Notes under the pieces: model-generated
What the model saw: the letters and a program-made list of their open reading frames with translations, nothing else
What the model was told of the DNA's origin: nothing
The model's database searches: none
In this document: piece by piece, positions 8,727 to 18,043 of the stretch
How positions within the stretch are numbered: position 1 is the first letter of the stretch
Layout: every line of letters starts with the position of its first letter
Translations under genes and position numbers: made by a program
Assembly (NCBI GenBank): GCA_963662795.1
Contig: OY759746.1
Coordinates: 832,001-896,000, forward strand
Source of the DNA: Spirochaetia bacterium
GTDB taxonomy: Bacteria; Spirochaetota; Spirochaetia; CADAEX01
Length of the DNA stretch: 64,000 bases
Reading direction: 5' to 3'

Positions 8727-10409
8727 ATGAGTACCATTATTTCGTTGGCGGCGCTGGTGATTTTTTTTGGTTTTTATTTTACTTTTGGTAAAAAACTCCA
8801 GAACAATCTGCTTAAATCACATGAAGCACCGGATGCCCCGTCAAAACGGCTGAGCGATGGGGTGGATTATGTTCCAACCAGCAAATTTGTTCTGTTCGGT
8901 CATCATTTCGCGTCAATTGCGGGCGCAGGTCCTATCGTAGGCCCGGCGATGGCTGTTGCGTGGGGATGGCTTCCTGGTCTTTTATGGATATGGTTTGGCA
9001 ATATCTTTATTGGAGCCATTCATGATTATCTTTCACTGACAGCTTCAGTAAGATATGACGGAAGATCTGTACAGTTTGTTGCCCAGGACCTTATCGGTAA
9101 AAAAGCAGGAAAGGCATTCGGCTGGTTTATTCTTTTCCTGTGTATTCTGGTTGTTGCGGCATTCGGAGCAATAGTATCAGGTCAGTTCGCAGCAGGCAAC
9201 GGAGAAGTCGCTTCTACATTCTTTCTCTTCTGTGCAGCTGCAATAATTCTCGGTTTTCTTATGTACAGGACGAAACTCGGCATGCTTGTAAGTACGCTTA
9301 TAGGTCTTGTACTTCTTGTACTGGCATTCTGGATTGGAAGCAATTACGGTATCAAGGCATCATCAAATACATGGTATCTGGTACTTCTCATTTATGTAGT
9401 AGTAGCTTCAGCCCTGCCGGTTAATTTCCTTCTTCAGCCGAGAGATTATCTCAACTCATTCCTTCTTTATTTCGGCCTTCTTGCGGGAGGACTTGCCGCA
9501 GTTATTGCATTCAAGGGATTTGATTCCGTTCCTGTATTTACAAGCTTCAGCGCAAAACTTATTGGCGGTCAGCCTTCACCATTCTGGCCGACAGTACCCC
9601 TTGTAATAGCATGCGGTGCCCTTTCAGGATTTCACTCACTTGTTGCTTCAGGAACAAGTTCAAAACAGCTGAGAGAAGAAAACGACGCACTTTTTGTCGG
9701 ATACGGAGCTATGCTTACTGAAGGTTTTCTTGCGACAATAGTTGTAGTTTCCATAGCCGGATTCGGAACACTTGCACTTGGAGACAAGGTAATGTCAACA
9801 GGCGCTCTACCCCGTTTCACACAGTCATTCGGGGCAATGGTCAACTCGGCCTTCCCATTCATGACAACTAAATTCATGGCACTGTTCGCATCAATCTGGG
9901 TTTCTTCATTTGCCCTTACAACACTTGATACAACAAACAGACTTGGACGCTATATAGTTGGAGAACTCGCGCTTCCACTCAAGGAAAAGTCCCCCGGAGC
10001 ATATTCAATGTTTGCAAATAAATGGGTTGCTTCATTTATTATCGCAATCTGCGGTATAGGACTTGCATGGACAGGAAACTATACAGTACTCTGGCCCGCA
10101 TTCTCGGGAGCCAATCAGCTTATCGCATCTATAGTAATGCTTACTGCAGCACTCTGGGTCAAGAAAAAACTGAACGACAAATATACCAATATTGTTCTTT
10201 ATCCTGCTATTATCCTCTGGATTACAGTAACTGCCGGTCTTATCTGGTATGAATTTGTAATTATACCGCTGCACTTCAAGGATATGGCTAACATAAAGAA
10301 TGTTGTTACAGGTTCTGTTGTCGGGGCAATTACACTTTTCATGCTTGTTATGAATGTTGTAATGATTCTCCAGTTTTCAAAAAATTTAAAAAATGTAAAA
10401 GCAGATTAA
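8727..10409 (+). CDS. cstA: Carbon starvation protein A family transporter (peptide/pyruvate:H+ symporter family)
   Basis: DGVDYVPT, FGHHFASIAGAGPIVGP, LLQPRDYLN, IACGALSGFHSL, GYGAMLTEG and TTLDTTNRLGR. Confidence 0.95.
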   Translation: MSTIISLAALVIFFGFYFTFGKKLQNNLLKSHEAPDAPSKRLSDGVDYVPTSKFVLFGHHFASIAGAGPIVGPAMAVAWGWLPGLLWIWFGNIFIGAIHDYLSLTASVRYDGRSVQFVAQDLIGKKAGKAFGWFILFLCILVVAAFGAIVSGQFAAGNGEVASTFFLFCAAAIILGFLMYRTKLGMLVSTLIGLVLLVLAFWIGSNYGIKASSNTWYLVLLIYVVVASALPVNFLLQPRDYLNSFLLYFGLLAGGLAAVIAFKGFDSVPVFTSFSAKLIGGQPSPFWPTVPLVIACGALSGFHSLVASGTSSKQLREENDALFVGYGAMLTEGFLATIVVVSIAGFGTLALGDKVMSTGALPRFTQSFGAMVNSAFPFMTTKFMALFASIWVSSFALTTLDTTNRLGRYIVGELALPLKEKSPGAYSMFANKWVASFIIAICGIGLAWTGNYTVLWPAFSGANQLIASIVMLTAALWVKKKLNDKYTNIVLYPAIILWITVTAGLIWYEFVIIPLHFKDMANIKNVVTGSVVGAITLFMLVMNVVMILQFSKNLKNVKAD

Positions 10410-10451
10410 TTAAAACAAAATAATATTCTGTTTTTTATAGTAATTAATAAA

Positions 10452-10489
10452 AAAGGAGCCTGCCTTGATTTATCCATGCAGGCTCCTTT
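10452..10489 (+). terminator. Stem-loop after cstA (partial terminator or mRNA stabiliser)
   Basis: AAAGGAGCCTGC-N14-GCAGGCTCCTTT, a 12-bp perfect stem between cstA and the next gene. Confidence 0.7.
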
Positions 10490-10507
10490 CACAATAAAGG
10501 CTGATAA

Positions 10508-10795
10508 ATGATCAATTTCAAAAAAATCCGCAAAGGCATTGGCCTGTTCTGGGATGTTGTGGTACAGGTACAGCGCAATAAAGCTACAGAAATAATAGAA
10601 TTTGAACTTAAAGAGCTGGAAAATATCTTTGTAATTCTTCTTATGGGAAGCTTCATAGGGCTTCCGTCTCCCCCTGCGGCTATGGCTATGGAACTTATTC
10701 CGTATCTTGAAGATGAGATAAGGCTTATGACTGCAAGGTCGGACTTTGCCCAGGATCCAATCGGCGGTCTTGCCGGTATACTGGATATTGGATAG
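10508..10795 (+). CDS. Small CstA-associated protein (resembles the cory-CC-star family but lacks the C-terminal CC)
   Basis: Core ELENIFVILLMGSFIGLPSPP...ELIPYLEDE resembles small proteins found between cstA and arsA-like genes. Confidence 0.7.
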   Translation: MINFKKIRKGIGLFWDVVVQVQRNKATEIIEFELKELENIFVILLMGSFIGLPSPPAAMAMELIPYLEDEIRLMTARSDFAQDPIGGLAGILDIG

Positions 10796-10883
10796 TTTTA
10801 TATTATCGGCAGGTGGAAGGTCTGTACGGCCGGCTGATAATTCAGGAATGAACATAATATCGAGTTAACGTGAGGTAAACTGA

Positions 10884-11816
10884 ATGAAAAAAGTCCTTTT
10901 TTTTATGGGGAAGGGAGGCGTCGGTAAAACAACATTGTCCTCTTCGACAGCATTCCAGCTCAGCCGCAAAGGAAACAAAGTCCTCATTGTTTCACTGGAC
11001 CCGGCACACAATCTCGGCGACGTTTTCTACTGCAATCTGAAAAATGATAAAAGCAGCATCTCCCCCGGCTTAGACGGTATTGAAATCGACCTTGCAAAAT
11101 GGGTTATCAAATACCTTGAAACAAGCAAAGACGAAATCAGGGACACATACAGATACAATGTAAGCATAAATATTGACTCGTATATTAATATTCTGAAATA
11201 TTCTCCCGGGACCGAAGAGTATGCGGTCCTATGGGCAATAGAGTATATCTATACCACCTATCACAGCCAATATGATTACATAATTTTTGACACCCCGCCT
11301 ACAGCACTTACCATGAGGTTTCTTGCCATGCCTTCCATCTCCATGATGTGGATAAATGAACTTAAAAGCATGAGGGAAAAAATCCTGGCCAAAAGGCAGA
11401 CAATTTTAAAACTGAACCCTGATGCTACTGTAATAAAAGGAGTTACAGAAGTAAAAGACGATGCAGTTTCCGGAAAACTGGGGTCAATCCGTACAAGACT
11501 TGAAAAGCTGCATACAATTTTTTCAGAAGAAAGCTATATGTCAATTGTTATAAATAATGATGAATTATCCCTGTCTGAATCACGCAGGATTCTGCAGGAA
11601 CTTGACAAGCTTGATGTAAAAATAAACAGTATATGCCTGAATAAGCTTAATCCTGAAATAACTGATCTTGAGAACTTAAAAAAGAAATTCAATAGTTTTC
11701 CGGTCTTTACATCTTACCAGCTGCCGGAAGGTCTGATAAGAAGAGAAGATCTTGGACGGATTCAAATTGACGAACTTGTAAACAATATAATAGAAACAAC
11801 CAGGGGCAATGAATGA
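10884..11816 (+). CDS. Single-domain ArsA/GET3/TRC40-family ATPase
   Basis: Deviant Walker A GKGGVGKTT, switch I SLDPAHNLGD, PGTEE and switch II FDTPPTALT. Confidence 0.9.
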   Translation: MKKVLFFMGKGGVGKTTLSSSTAFQLSRKGNKVLIVSLDPAHNLGDVFYCNLKNDKSSISPGLDGIEIDLAKWVIKYLETSKDEIRDTYRYNVSINIDSYINILKYSPGTEEYAVLWAIEYIYTTYHSQYDYIIFDTPPTALTMRFLAMPSISMMWINELKSMREKILAKRQTILKLNPDATVIKGVTEVKDDAVSGKLGSIRTRLEKLHTIFSEESYMSIVINNDELSLSESRRILQELDKLDVKINSICLNKLNPEITDLENLKKKFNSFPVFTSYQLPEGLIRREDLGRIQIDELVNNIIETTRGNE

Positions 11817-12463
11817 ACATTTATATTTTTCCGCTGATAGCATTGGCAATTTTTGCGACACTCGGATACTTCAGGGGCAAGAAAAAAAACGCATGGATAT
11901 CTGGATGGATAAGCCGGGAAGCCGAAGAGGCCCTAAAACCTGAAGATACAGACTACGTTAATATAGGCGGAACAATAGGATACAATTTTACCTATAAAAT
12001 GAAAGGACAGTTCCGTGAAGCATCAGGCACCATAACGATGCTCCCCCGCCAGTCAGTATTATATTTTCCCATCTCTCTTCTCACGGCAAAACATGACAGA
12101 GTCTATATCAACCTAAAAGCTAACGGTAAACTTGCCGGGGAAGGGCACATAGTTTCAGAAAAATACATAAGATCCGCGCGCAGCCTTATTTCCGGTTACA
12201 ATAATTTTCACAATACTGAATACTCATCTAACGGATCAAAATTTTATATCCTTTCAAAAACCCGGGCTGTTGAAAAAATGCTTATAAGTTTTGTTGATAA
12301 AACTGAATCAATTATTAATCTTCGCCATTTCTGCTGTTTTCCGGATAATAAAAATTTTTTTATTTTCATTAAACCGGTTCGGGGAGAACTTATGAAATTT
12401 CTGAAATCTGCAATTCCCGAACTTGATGTTTTTTATATTAAAGGTAAAAAAAATGATGAATGA
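11813..12463 (+). CDS. Membrane-anchored hypothetical protein, possibly CCDC47/DUF1682-like
   Basis: N-terminal TM followed by YFRGKKKN..I..W and LPRQSVL...D.V.I; ATGA overlap with the ATPase gene. The ORF is solid, the family call is tentative. Confidence 0.6.
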   Translation: MNIYIFPLIALAIFATLGYFRGKKKNAWISGWISREAEEALKPEDTDYVNIGGTIGYNFTYKMKGQFREASGTITMLPRQSVLYFPISLLTAKHDRVYINLKANGKLAGEGHIVSEKYIRSARSLISGYNNFHNTEYSSNGSKFYILSKTRAVEKMLISFVDKTESIINLRHFCCFPDNKNFFIFIKPVRGELMKFLKSAIPELDVFYIKGKKNDE

Positions 12464-12728
12464 GGAAATGAAGAAAAAGATTGATGCAGTTCTTGATACA
12501 GTAAAAGATCCGGAATCTTTCCGAAGTGTGTCACAGCTTAACCTTGTAAAAAAAGTTACCTACAGCGAAAGTCATAAAAAACTTGTTGTACAGACAGACA
12601 TTGGGGAACCCCGTTCGACCTGCATAGTCTGCGGTGTTGTAAACGAAACACTAAGACAGTCGATAATGAGGAATCTGAAAGAAGAATTTGATAAAAATTT
12701 CCCTGACCTGGATGTTGAAGTTATTTAA
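12453..12728 (+). CDS. DUF59/MIP18-like (Fe-S cluster assembly P domain) small protein with CxxC
   Basis: LDTVKDPE...VSQLNLV motif typical of DUF59, plus TCIVC. ATG 12453/12456 overlaps the upstream stop. Confidence 0.72.
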   Translation: MMNEEMKKKIDAVLDTVKDPESFRSVSQLNLVKKVTYSESHKKLVVQTDIGEPRSTCIVCGVVNETLRQSIMRNLKEEFDKNFPDLDVEVI

Positions 12729-12755
12729 ACAGCAGTAATATCATAAATCCCGGAC

Positions 12756-13145
12756 TTATAAAGTCCTGCCTGTCTTTACCACAAGTTGCGATAATGTAAA
12801 TCCAAGAAATATCAGGCTTATTCCAATTATTGTATTGATAAGTATATTTAAAACTGCAGCACGAATCTCGGCTTTTGCAAAGAGATTGAATGTTTCAAGT
12901 CCGAATGCTGAGAATGTTGTAAACCCGCCCGCAAGACCTGCAAAAATAAAAAGCCTTATATTCGGAGAAATAATCCATTTATCAAAAAATCCTGAAAAAA
13001 AACCAATTAAAAGACATCCCGTAAGGTTGACGGCAAGGGTGCCGACCGGAAAGGATGTTCCGAACAGGCTGTGTGTCCATTTTGAGAGCAGGTACCTGAG
13101 CAAACCGCCCGTCCCGCTTCCGATTGCAATATAAAGATATTCCAT
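12756..13145 (-). CDS. crcB: Fluoride channel FluC/CrcB
   Basis: GGLLRY, FPVGTLAVNLTGC and GGFTTFSAF. True start is ATG 13145 (GGAGGA SD), not 13274. Confidence 0.93.
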   Translation of the reverse strand: MEYLYIAIGSGTGGLLRYLLSKWTHSLFGTSFPVGTLAVNLTGCLLIGFFSGFFDKWIISPNIRLFIFAGLAGGFTTFSAFGLETFNLFAKAEIRAAVLNILINTIIGISLIFLGFTLSQLVVKTGRTL

Positions 13146-13323
13146 ATCCTCCCAGTATATTGATAAAAAATATTTATGGGAATAAGAATCATATTTTTTT
13201 AAAGTCTGAAAGAAAGTTATTTTTTCATTTTCGTTGATTATCAGTATGTGATATGCTATCCTTTTTAACAGCAATAACTATATATAATTATCTTAAGCAG
13301 CTTGACAGGGGAGAATTGCCATT

Positions 13324-14664
13324 ATGAACACTCCGGACTCCGGCCGGTCTTTTTCAGGATCTTCACACAGATTTTTGTCTATGGCAAAAAATTATCTTGT
13401 TAATATTTTTACAGATAAAAGCGGAAGATGGAAAATCTATACGTTGATTTTTTCCCTTACAATATTTATTTTTTCGATAATCACCACACAGGTTGTAGAA
13501 AGCCGCCAAAACAGCAAAAACAGCAATGCAATAAGCTCTGTCAACCATTTTTTCACTGAAATAAACAGGTATGAAAAAGATGTAGTAATTAAAAGCGGGG
13601 AGACTCTTGCATCAATTTTATATGACCTGGGAATAAATAAAATTGATGCCGCAGATATTATTGAAAGCGTAAGCTCACTTTACAATCTCAAATATCTTCA
13701 GCCGGGGAAAAAAATAAGATTCGTAATATTTGAAAACGGCGGGGAAAATCTCCCTGTTGTAGAACTGCTCAAAATGGAAAAAACACCTGGCACAGAACTG
13801 AGGGTCTGCGCCAGGAACGGCAAATATGAGGCAAAACTGGTATCGGTAAAAACAATAAAAGTTCGAACTGCTGCTGAAGGGGTAATAACAAACAGCCTTT
13901 ACAGCGATGCGGCGCTTACAGGGATTCCCGATTCCGCAATTATGGAAATGTTTCAGCTCTTCTCATTCGATGTCGATTTCCAGAGAGATATTTACAGCGG
14001 AGACAGATTCAGGGTCCTTTTTGAAAATATAATAAATATGGACGGAGAAGTTGTCTCAAAAGGGAATATCGTTTTTGCCCAGCTCCAGATGAACAATAAA
14101 GACCACAAGGTGTACAGATTTGTCTGTGATGACGGAAAAACAGACTATTTCAGCGAAACCGGCATTAACATAAGGAAAACCCTGCTTAAAACACCTATCT
14201 ACGGAGCAAGGATTTCTTCCGGTTACGGAAGAAGGGAACACCCGATTTACGGCTATTCACAGTTTCATCAGGCCCTTGATTTTGCAGCTCCAAGGGATAC
14301 ACCGATAATCGCATCAGGTTCCGGAGTTGTAAAACTTGCAGACTGGAACGGCAGCTATGGGAAATGCGTAATAATTCAGCACTCAAATCAGTACCAGACT
14401 CTTTACGCGCACATGAATTCCTTTGCAAATAATATCAGAAGGGGAAAATCTGTAAGACAGGGTGAAATAATCGGCTATGTAGGAACAACAGGCGTTTCTA
14501 CAGGAAACCATCTTCATTATGAAGTGATCTTCAGGGGTCATAGATTAAATCCGTCTACGATAAAAACCCCTCCTGAAAAAAAATTGACGGAAGCTGAACT
14601 GGAACGTTTTCTGAAGGAAGTTGAAAAAATCAATATTGAGTACAGGAATGCATTGAAAATCTGA
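13324..14664 (+). CDS. M23 family peptidoglycan DD-endopeptidase (MepM/Csd3-like, with a LysM-like region)
   Basis: HQALDFAAP (HxxxD), YAHM and STGNHLHYEV (HxH); N-terminal TM. Confidence 0.92.
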   Translation: MNTPDSGRSFSGSSHRFLSMAKNYLVNIFTDKSGRWKIYTLIFSLTIFIFSIITTQVVESRQNSKNSNAISSVNHFFTEINRYEKDVVIKSGETLASILYDLGINKIDAADIIESVSSLYNLKYLQPGKKIRFVIFENGGENLPVVELLKMEKTPGTELRVCARNGKYEAKLVSVKTIKVRTAAEGVITNSLYSDAALTGIPDSAIMEMFQLFSFDVDFQRDIYSGDRFRVLFENIINMDGEVVSKGNIVFAQLQMNNKDHKVYRFVCDDGKTDYFSETGINIRKTLLKTPIYGARISSGYGRREHPIYGYSQFHQALDFAAPRDTPIIASGSGVVKLADWNGSYGKCVIIQHSNQYQTLYAHMNSFANNIRRGKSVRQGEIIGYVGTTGVSTGNHLHYEVIFRGHRLNPSTIKTPPEKKLTEAELERFLKEVEKINIEYRNALKI

Positions 14665-14780
14665 TTTTTTTAAGAATCCCTGATAATAGTAAAGCTATAT
14701 TATCTAACTAATCTTTTCATAAACTGCTAATTATTATATAGTTTGGGTCTAAAAATTTTTATCAGGAGTGTTATGCAATA

Positions 14781-14981
14781 ATGTCATTTTCAGCAAAAAA
14801 AATACTTGGGATAATAATGATTCTTATTGGAGTTGTTTTTTTCCTTTTTGAATTCAAAGCCCTTCCTCACAATCCGGCAGACCCTCAGAAGTGGGATCAG
14901 CTTCATTCTAAATATTTCAGACAGATAAGAATGTCAGGAAGAGTTTTTCTCCTGCTCGGCCTTACCTTTGCTTTAACCTGA
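14781..14981 (+). CDS. Small two-TM hypothetical protein
   Basis: 66 aa with two hydrophobic segments; AGGAG upstream. Confidence 0.55.
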   Translation: MSFSAKKILGIIMILIGVVFFLFEFKALPHNPADPQKWDQLHSKYFRQIRMSGRVFLLLGLTFALT

Positions 14982-15033
14982 GCTTAATAATACTTCAATT
15001 GAAGTAAAAATTAAGCTCTATACAGAAAAGATT

Positions 15034-15510
15034 TTATCCCTTTTTCAAAGGAAAACCCTGTGCAAGTTCATCACTGTAGGAATCACGGATTTCCTTGACC
15101 TTGACATCGAAAAAAAGCGGTTTTCCTGCAAGGGGATGATTCGCGTCAACAAGAACTTTATCCCCATTTACCTCAAGAACTGTCAGTATATAGGGTGTAT
15201 CATTTATTACTGTTTCAAACTCCATGCCTGCTTTTACTTCAGGGCTCTCTGTATCCCTGAAATTCTCAGCAGGTACAGAAAACACCATGTTTTCATCCCT
15301 TTTGCCATATGCTTTTTCAGGGGGAACAGAAGCAGTAAAAGAATCGCCCTGCTTTTTCCCCTCAAGAGCTTCCTCAAGTCCCTGAATTATATTTTTAAAC
15401 CCGTGAAGATAAGTCAGGGGGCCGTTTTTTTCACTTGAATCAATAACCTGATCCTTTTCATTTTTCAGAACATATTCAATTGTAACAACCATTTTCCTTT
15501 TTACTGTCAA
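15034..15510 (-). CDS. slyD: FKBP-type peptidyl-prolyl isomerase SlyD (no His-rich tail)
   Basis: YLHGFKNIIQGLEEAL, PPEKAYG and VDANHPLAGK. Confidence 0.92.
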   Translation of the reverse strand: MTVKRKMVVTIEYVLKNEKDQVIDSSEKNGPLTYLHGFKNIIQGLEEALEGKKQGDSFTASVPPEKAYGKRDENMVFSVPAENFRDTESPEVKAGMEFETVINDTPYILTVLEVNGDKVLVDANHPLAGKPLFFDVKVKEIRDSYSDELAQGFPLKKG

Positions 15511-15594
15511 TTCATTCCCCTGTTATTTATTATTTTATTTTTATAATATGGTAAAAGCTTATTATATTCAAGATTATCACACAAAAGGCTGAAT

Positions 15595-16851
15595 ATGGAA
15601 ATGAAAGGAAAATATCTGCTTATAATTTTAACTGTTCTGGCTCTTGCTTCATGCGCGACAACAGAAAGTAATATCAGGGTAAAAGTAGCGAGCAGGTCGG
15701 AAACTCTGCTTATTTTGAAAAATCAAACCGGGAAAACACCTGTCTGGTCGTCTTACCCTGTTTTTGACTTTAATGGAAATGAGGTACGAAACAGAATGTT
15801 ATCACTCATTGAAAATGCTCAGGATTATATTCTTATCAATTCATATCTCCTGATGTATGACGATTACGGCAGCGTCATTCTCGACGCAATTCTTGAAAAA
15901 CACAAGGCAGGAGTTAAGATTTATATTATAGCAGATTCATCAAATTATTTTGTTCCGGGTGAATCAGGGTTTTCTTTCCTAAGTAAAAACCTTATCCCGT
16001 TTGCAGAATATAATCCTATAAGGCTGCATACATTATTCAGCGGACAGTCGGTAATATACAGGGATCACAGAAAATTCTGGGTCATAGACGGAAAATATAT
16101 TTACATCGGAGGCTGCAATATAATTAGCAGTTCCCTTAAACCGGCAGATGAGGGGGGTAATATTGACGGGATGGTGCTTTTTGAATCACAGGAAACCGCT
16201 GAGCTGCTGATTGATGCATTTACGGGAACCTGGAACAATTTCTCGGAATTGAAACTTGATTCAAAAATGTTCAGGGTCCCCGAACAAAAAAAATTTGACA
16301 CAAAAGTGCTTTTAATAAATCAGGAAATCAACAGTAACAGCCAGAGAATTACAGATATGCTCTCAGGACTTTTTTCTGCGGCGAGGAAAGAGGTGTGGAT
16401 AATTCAGCCTTATACCTTTGTCAATTCAGATATAATAAAATCAATCAAAAAAATGGTAAAAAAAGGAGTAAACGTAAATATTATACTGTCGGAATATTCA
16501 ACAAGCAGTAAATACTATTACGCGTCCTTCTACGGAATAAAAGATCTCATTAAGGCAGGTGCAGATGTGTGGATTTATTCGCCGCCGCTTCTTTCTTCGC
16601 CCCTGCATATTAAAGCTTTTTTTATCGATAATAATTGGGTTTCAATAGGCTCTGCAAACTTTAATCAAAGGTCTTTCAGCTATTCTGACGAGGCCAATAT
16701 AATTTTTTATGATCCTTCTTCTTTCAATGAAATTGCAAAAAGTCTTTATAAAATAAAAAAAACATGCTGGAAAATTGATCTGAATGAAGCTAAAAGGTAC
16801 AGAACCCATCAATACAGGAACTGGAACAGGCTTATGCAGATAGCTGGATAA
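15595..16851 (+). CDS. Phospholipase D superfamily lipoprotein (cardiolipin synthase-like)
   Basis: Two HxKxxxxD motifs (HRKFWVID, HIKAFFID...GSANFN) and the lipobox LASC. Confidence 0.88.
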   Translation: MEMKGKYLLIILTVLALASCATTESNIRVKVASRSETLLILKNQTGKTPVWSSYPVFDFNGNEVRNRMLSLIENAQDYILINSYLLMYDDYGSVILDAILEKHKAGVKIYIIADSSNYFVPGESGFSFLSKNLIPFAEYNPIRLHTLFSGQSVIYRDHRKFWVIDGKYIYIGGCNIISSSLKPADEGGNIDGMVLFESQETAELLIDAFTGTWNNFSELKLDSKMFRVPEQKKFDTKVLLINQEINSNSQRITDMLSGLFSAARKEVWIIQPYTFVNSDIIKSIKKMVKKGVNVNIILSEYSTSSKYYYASFYGIKDLIKAGADVWIYSPPLLSSPLHIKAFFIDNNWVSIGSANFNQRSFSYSDEANIIFYDPSSFNEIAKSLYKIKKTCWKIDLNEAKRYRTHQYRNWNRLMQIAG

Positions 16852-16957
16852 AGAATACAGAGCAGGATATCGGCTGAAAAACCATAGCACACGGATTTTC
16901 CGGATAAAAAGAAAAGCGTTGATTAAACATTTTTCTTCAATTATCATTTATTCAGCT

Positions 16958-17893
16958 ATGAAAAATTACGCAGCTGGAATTGATATCGGCGGGACAAACA
17001 CGAAAATAGGCATAGTTTCGGATGATGGTAAGGTATCAGAGAAAACAATACTTCAAACCAGGGATTACAGTACCCCGTCAATTTTTAAAAAAATGGTCCG
17101 TTCAGAATTGACGGCAATGATTAAATCTATGGGTATTAATATATGCGGAATCGGGATCGGCGCACCCAATGCAAATATATACTCAGGCTGTATCGAATTT
17201 GCGCCCAACCTGCCGTGGAAAGGGATGATAGACCTGAAAGAGAGCCTTAATGATCTTGCTCCGGTTAAGGTAACAAATGATGCCAACGCTGCCGCTCTGG
17301 GAGAAAAGCTGTTTGGAGCCGCGTCCGGTTTCAGCGACTTCATTGCCGTTACTCTTGGGACCGGTGTTGGCGGGGGGATATTCAGCGATTCAAAACTGCT
17401 TTACGGCAAGTTCGGTTTTGCCGGTGAAATAGGGCATATCACTGCAGTACCCGGCGGCAGACAGTGCAACTGCGGAAGAAAGGGGTGTGTTGAAAAATAC
17501 TGTTCGGCGGGGGGGATTGTCTGCACAGCATTAGAGCTGCTTTGTGGGGACAGAAGCAAATCAAAGCTGGATAAATATGATAAAAATACACTTACAACCA
17601 GAATAATATATGAAGCAGCTCTGGAAGGGGATAAAACCGCACTTGAAACCTTTGATATTACAGCCCGCTATCTTGCTTCTTTTTTTAACGATCTTGTAAA
17701 TATTTTTTCCTCCGAAGCAATAATTCTCTCGGGGGGAGTTGCACAGAGCGGCGAAATTCTTTTAAAACCGCTTGAGAAATATTTCAGGCAGGAGCTGATT
17801 GAGTTTTACAGGGACAAGGATATTAAACTTCTGCGCTCTGCCCTTCCACAGCAGGATTCTGCAATTATAGGGGCGGCATCTCTTGTTTTTTAA
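16958..17893 (+). CDS. ROK family sugar kinase (glucokinase-like)
   Basis: GIDIGGT, NDANAAALGE, TLGTGVGGG, GEIGH and CNCGRKGCVE. ATG 16958 preferred. Confidence 0.92.
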   Translation: MKNYAAGIDIGGTNTKIGIVSDDGKVSEKTILQTRDYSTPSIFKKMVRSELTAMIKSMGINICGIGIGAPNANIYSGCIEFAPNLPWKGMIDLKESLNDLAPVKVTNDANAAALGEKLFGAASGFSDFIAVTLGTGVGGGIFSDSKLLYGKFGFAGEIGHITAVPGGRQCNCGRKGCVEKYCSAGGIVCTALELLCGDRSKSKLDKYDKNTLTTRIIYEAALEGDKTALETFDITARYLASFFNDLVNIFSSEAIILSGGVAQSGEILLKPLEKYFRQELIEFYRDKDIKLLRSALPQQDSAIIGAASLVF

Positions 17894-18043
17894 AAAAAAT
17901 CTGCACTAAAGGGACAATTTTAATACAGTCAGAAAGTTCATTATAGATGTTTATGCTGGTTTCATGCATGCAGACATCTGTTTTTTTTACTGTAAAAAAT
18001 GTATTCTTGATTATATATTGAAATAGCGGAGTTAAATAAAAAT

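Noticed and set aside
10793-10795. Selenocysteine readthrough in the CstA partner
   Set aside because: The stop is TAG and no Cys precedes it.
10884-11816. Arsenic resistance operon
   Set aside because: No arsR/B/C/D or acr3 is adjacent and the metalloid-binding residues are absent. The IT-family permease at 49379 is 37 kb away and YbiR-like.
13146-13323. Fluoride riboswitch upstream of crcB, or an N-terminal extension to 13274
   Set aside because: No GGCGATGG...CTGATG-like consensus is visible, and the strong SD supports ATG 13145.
15034-15510. SlyD lacking the His/Cys-rich tail
   Set aside because: Tail-less SlyD variants are common.
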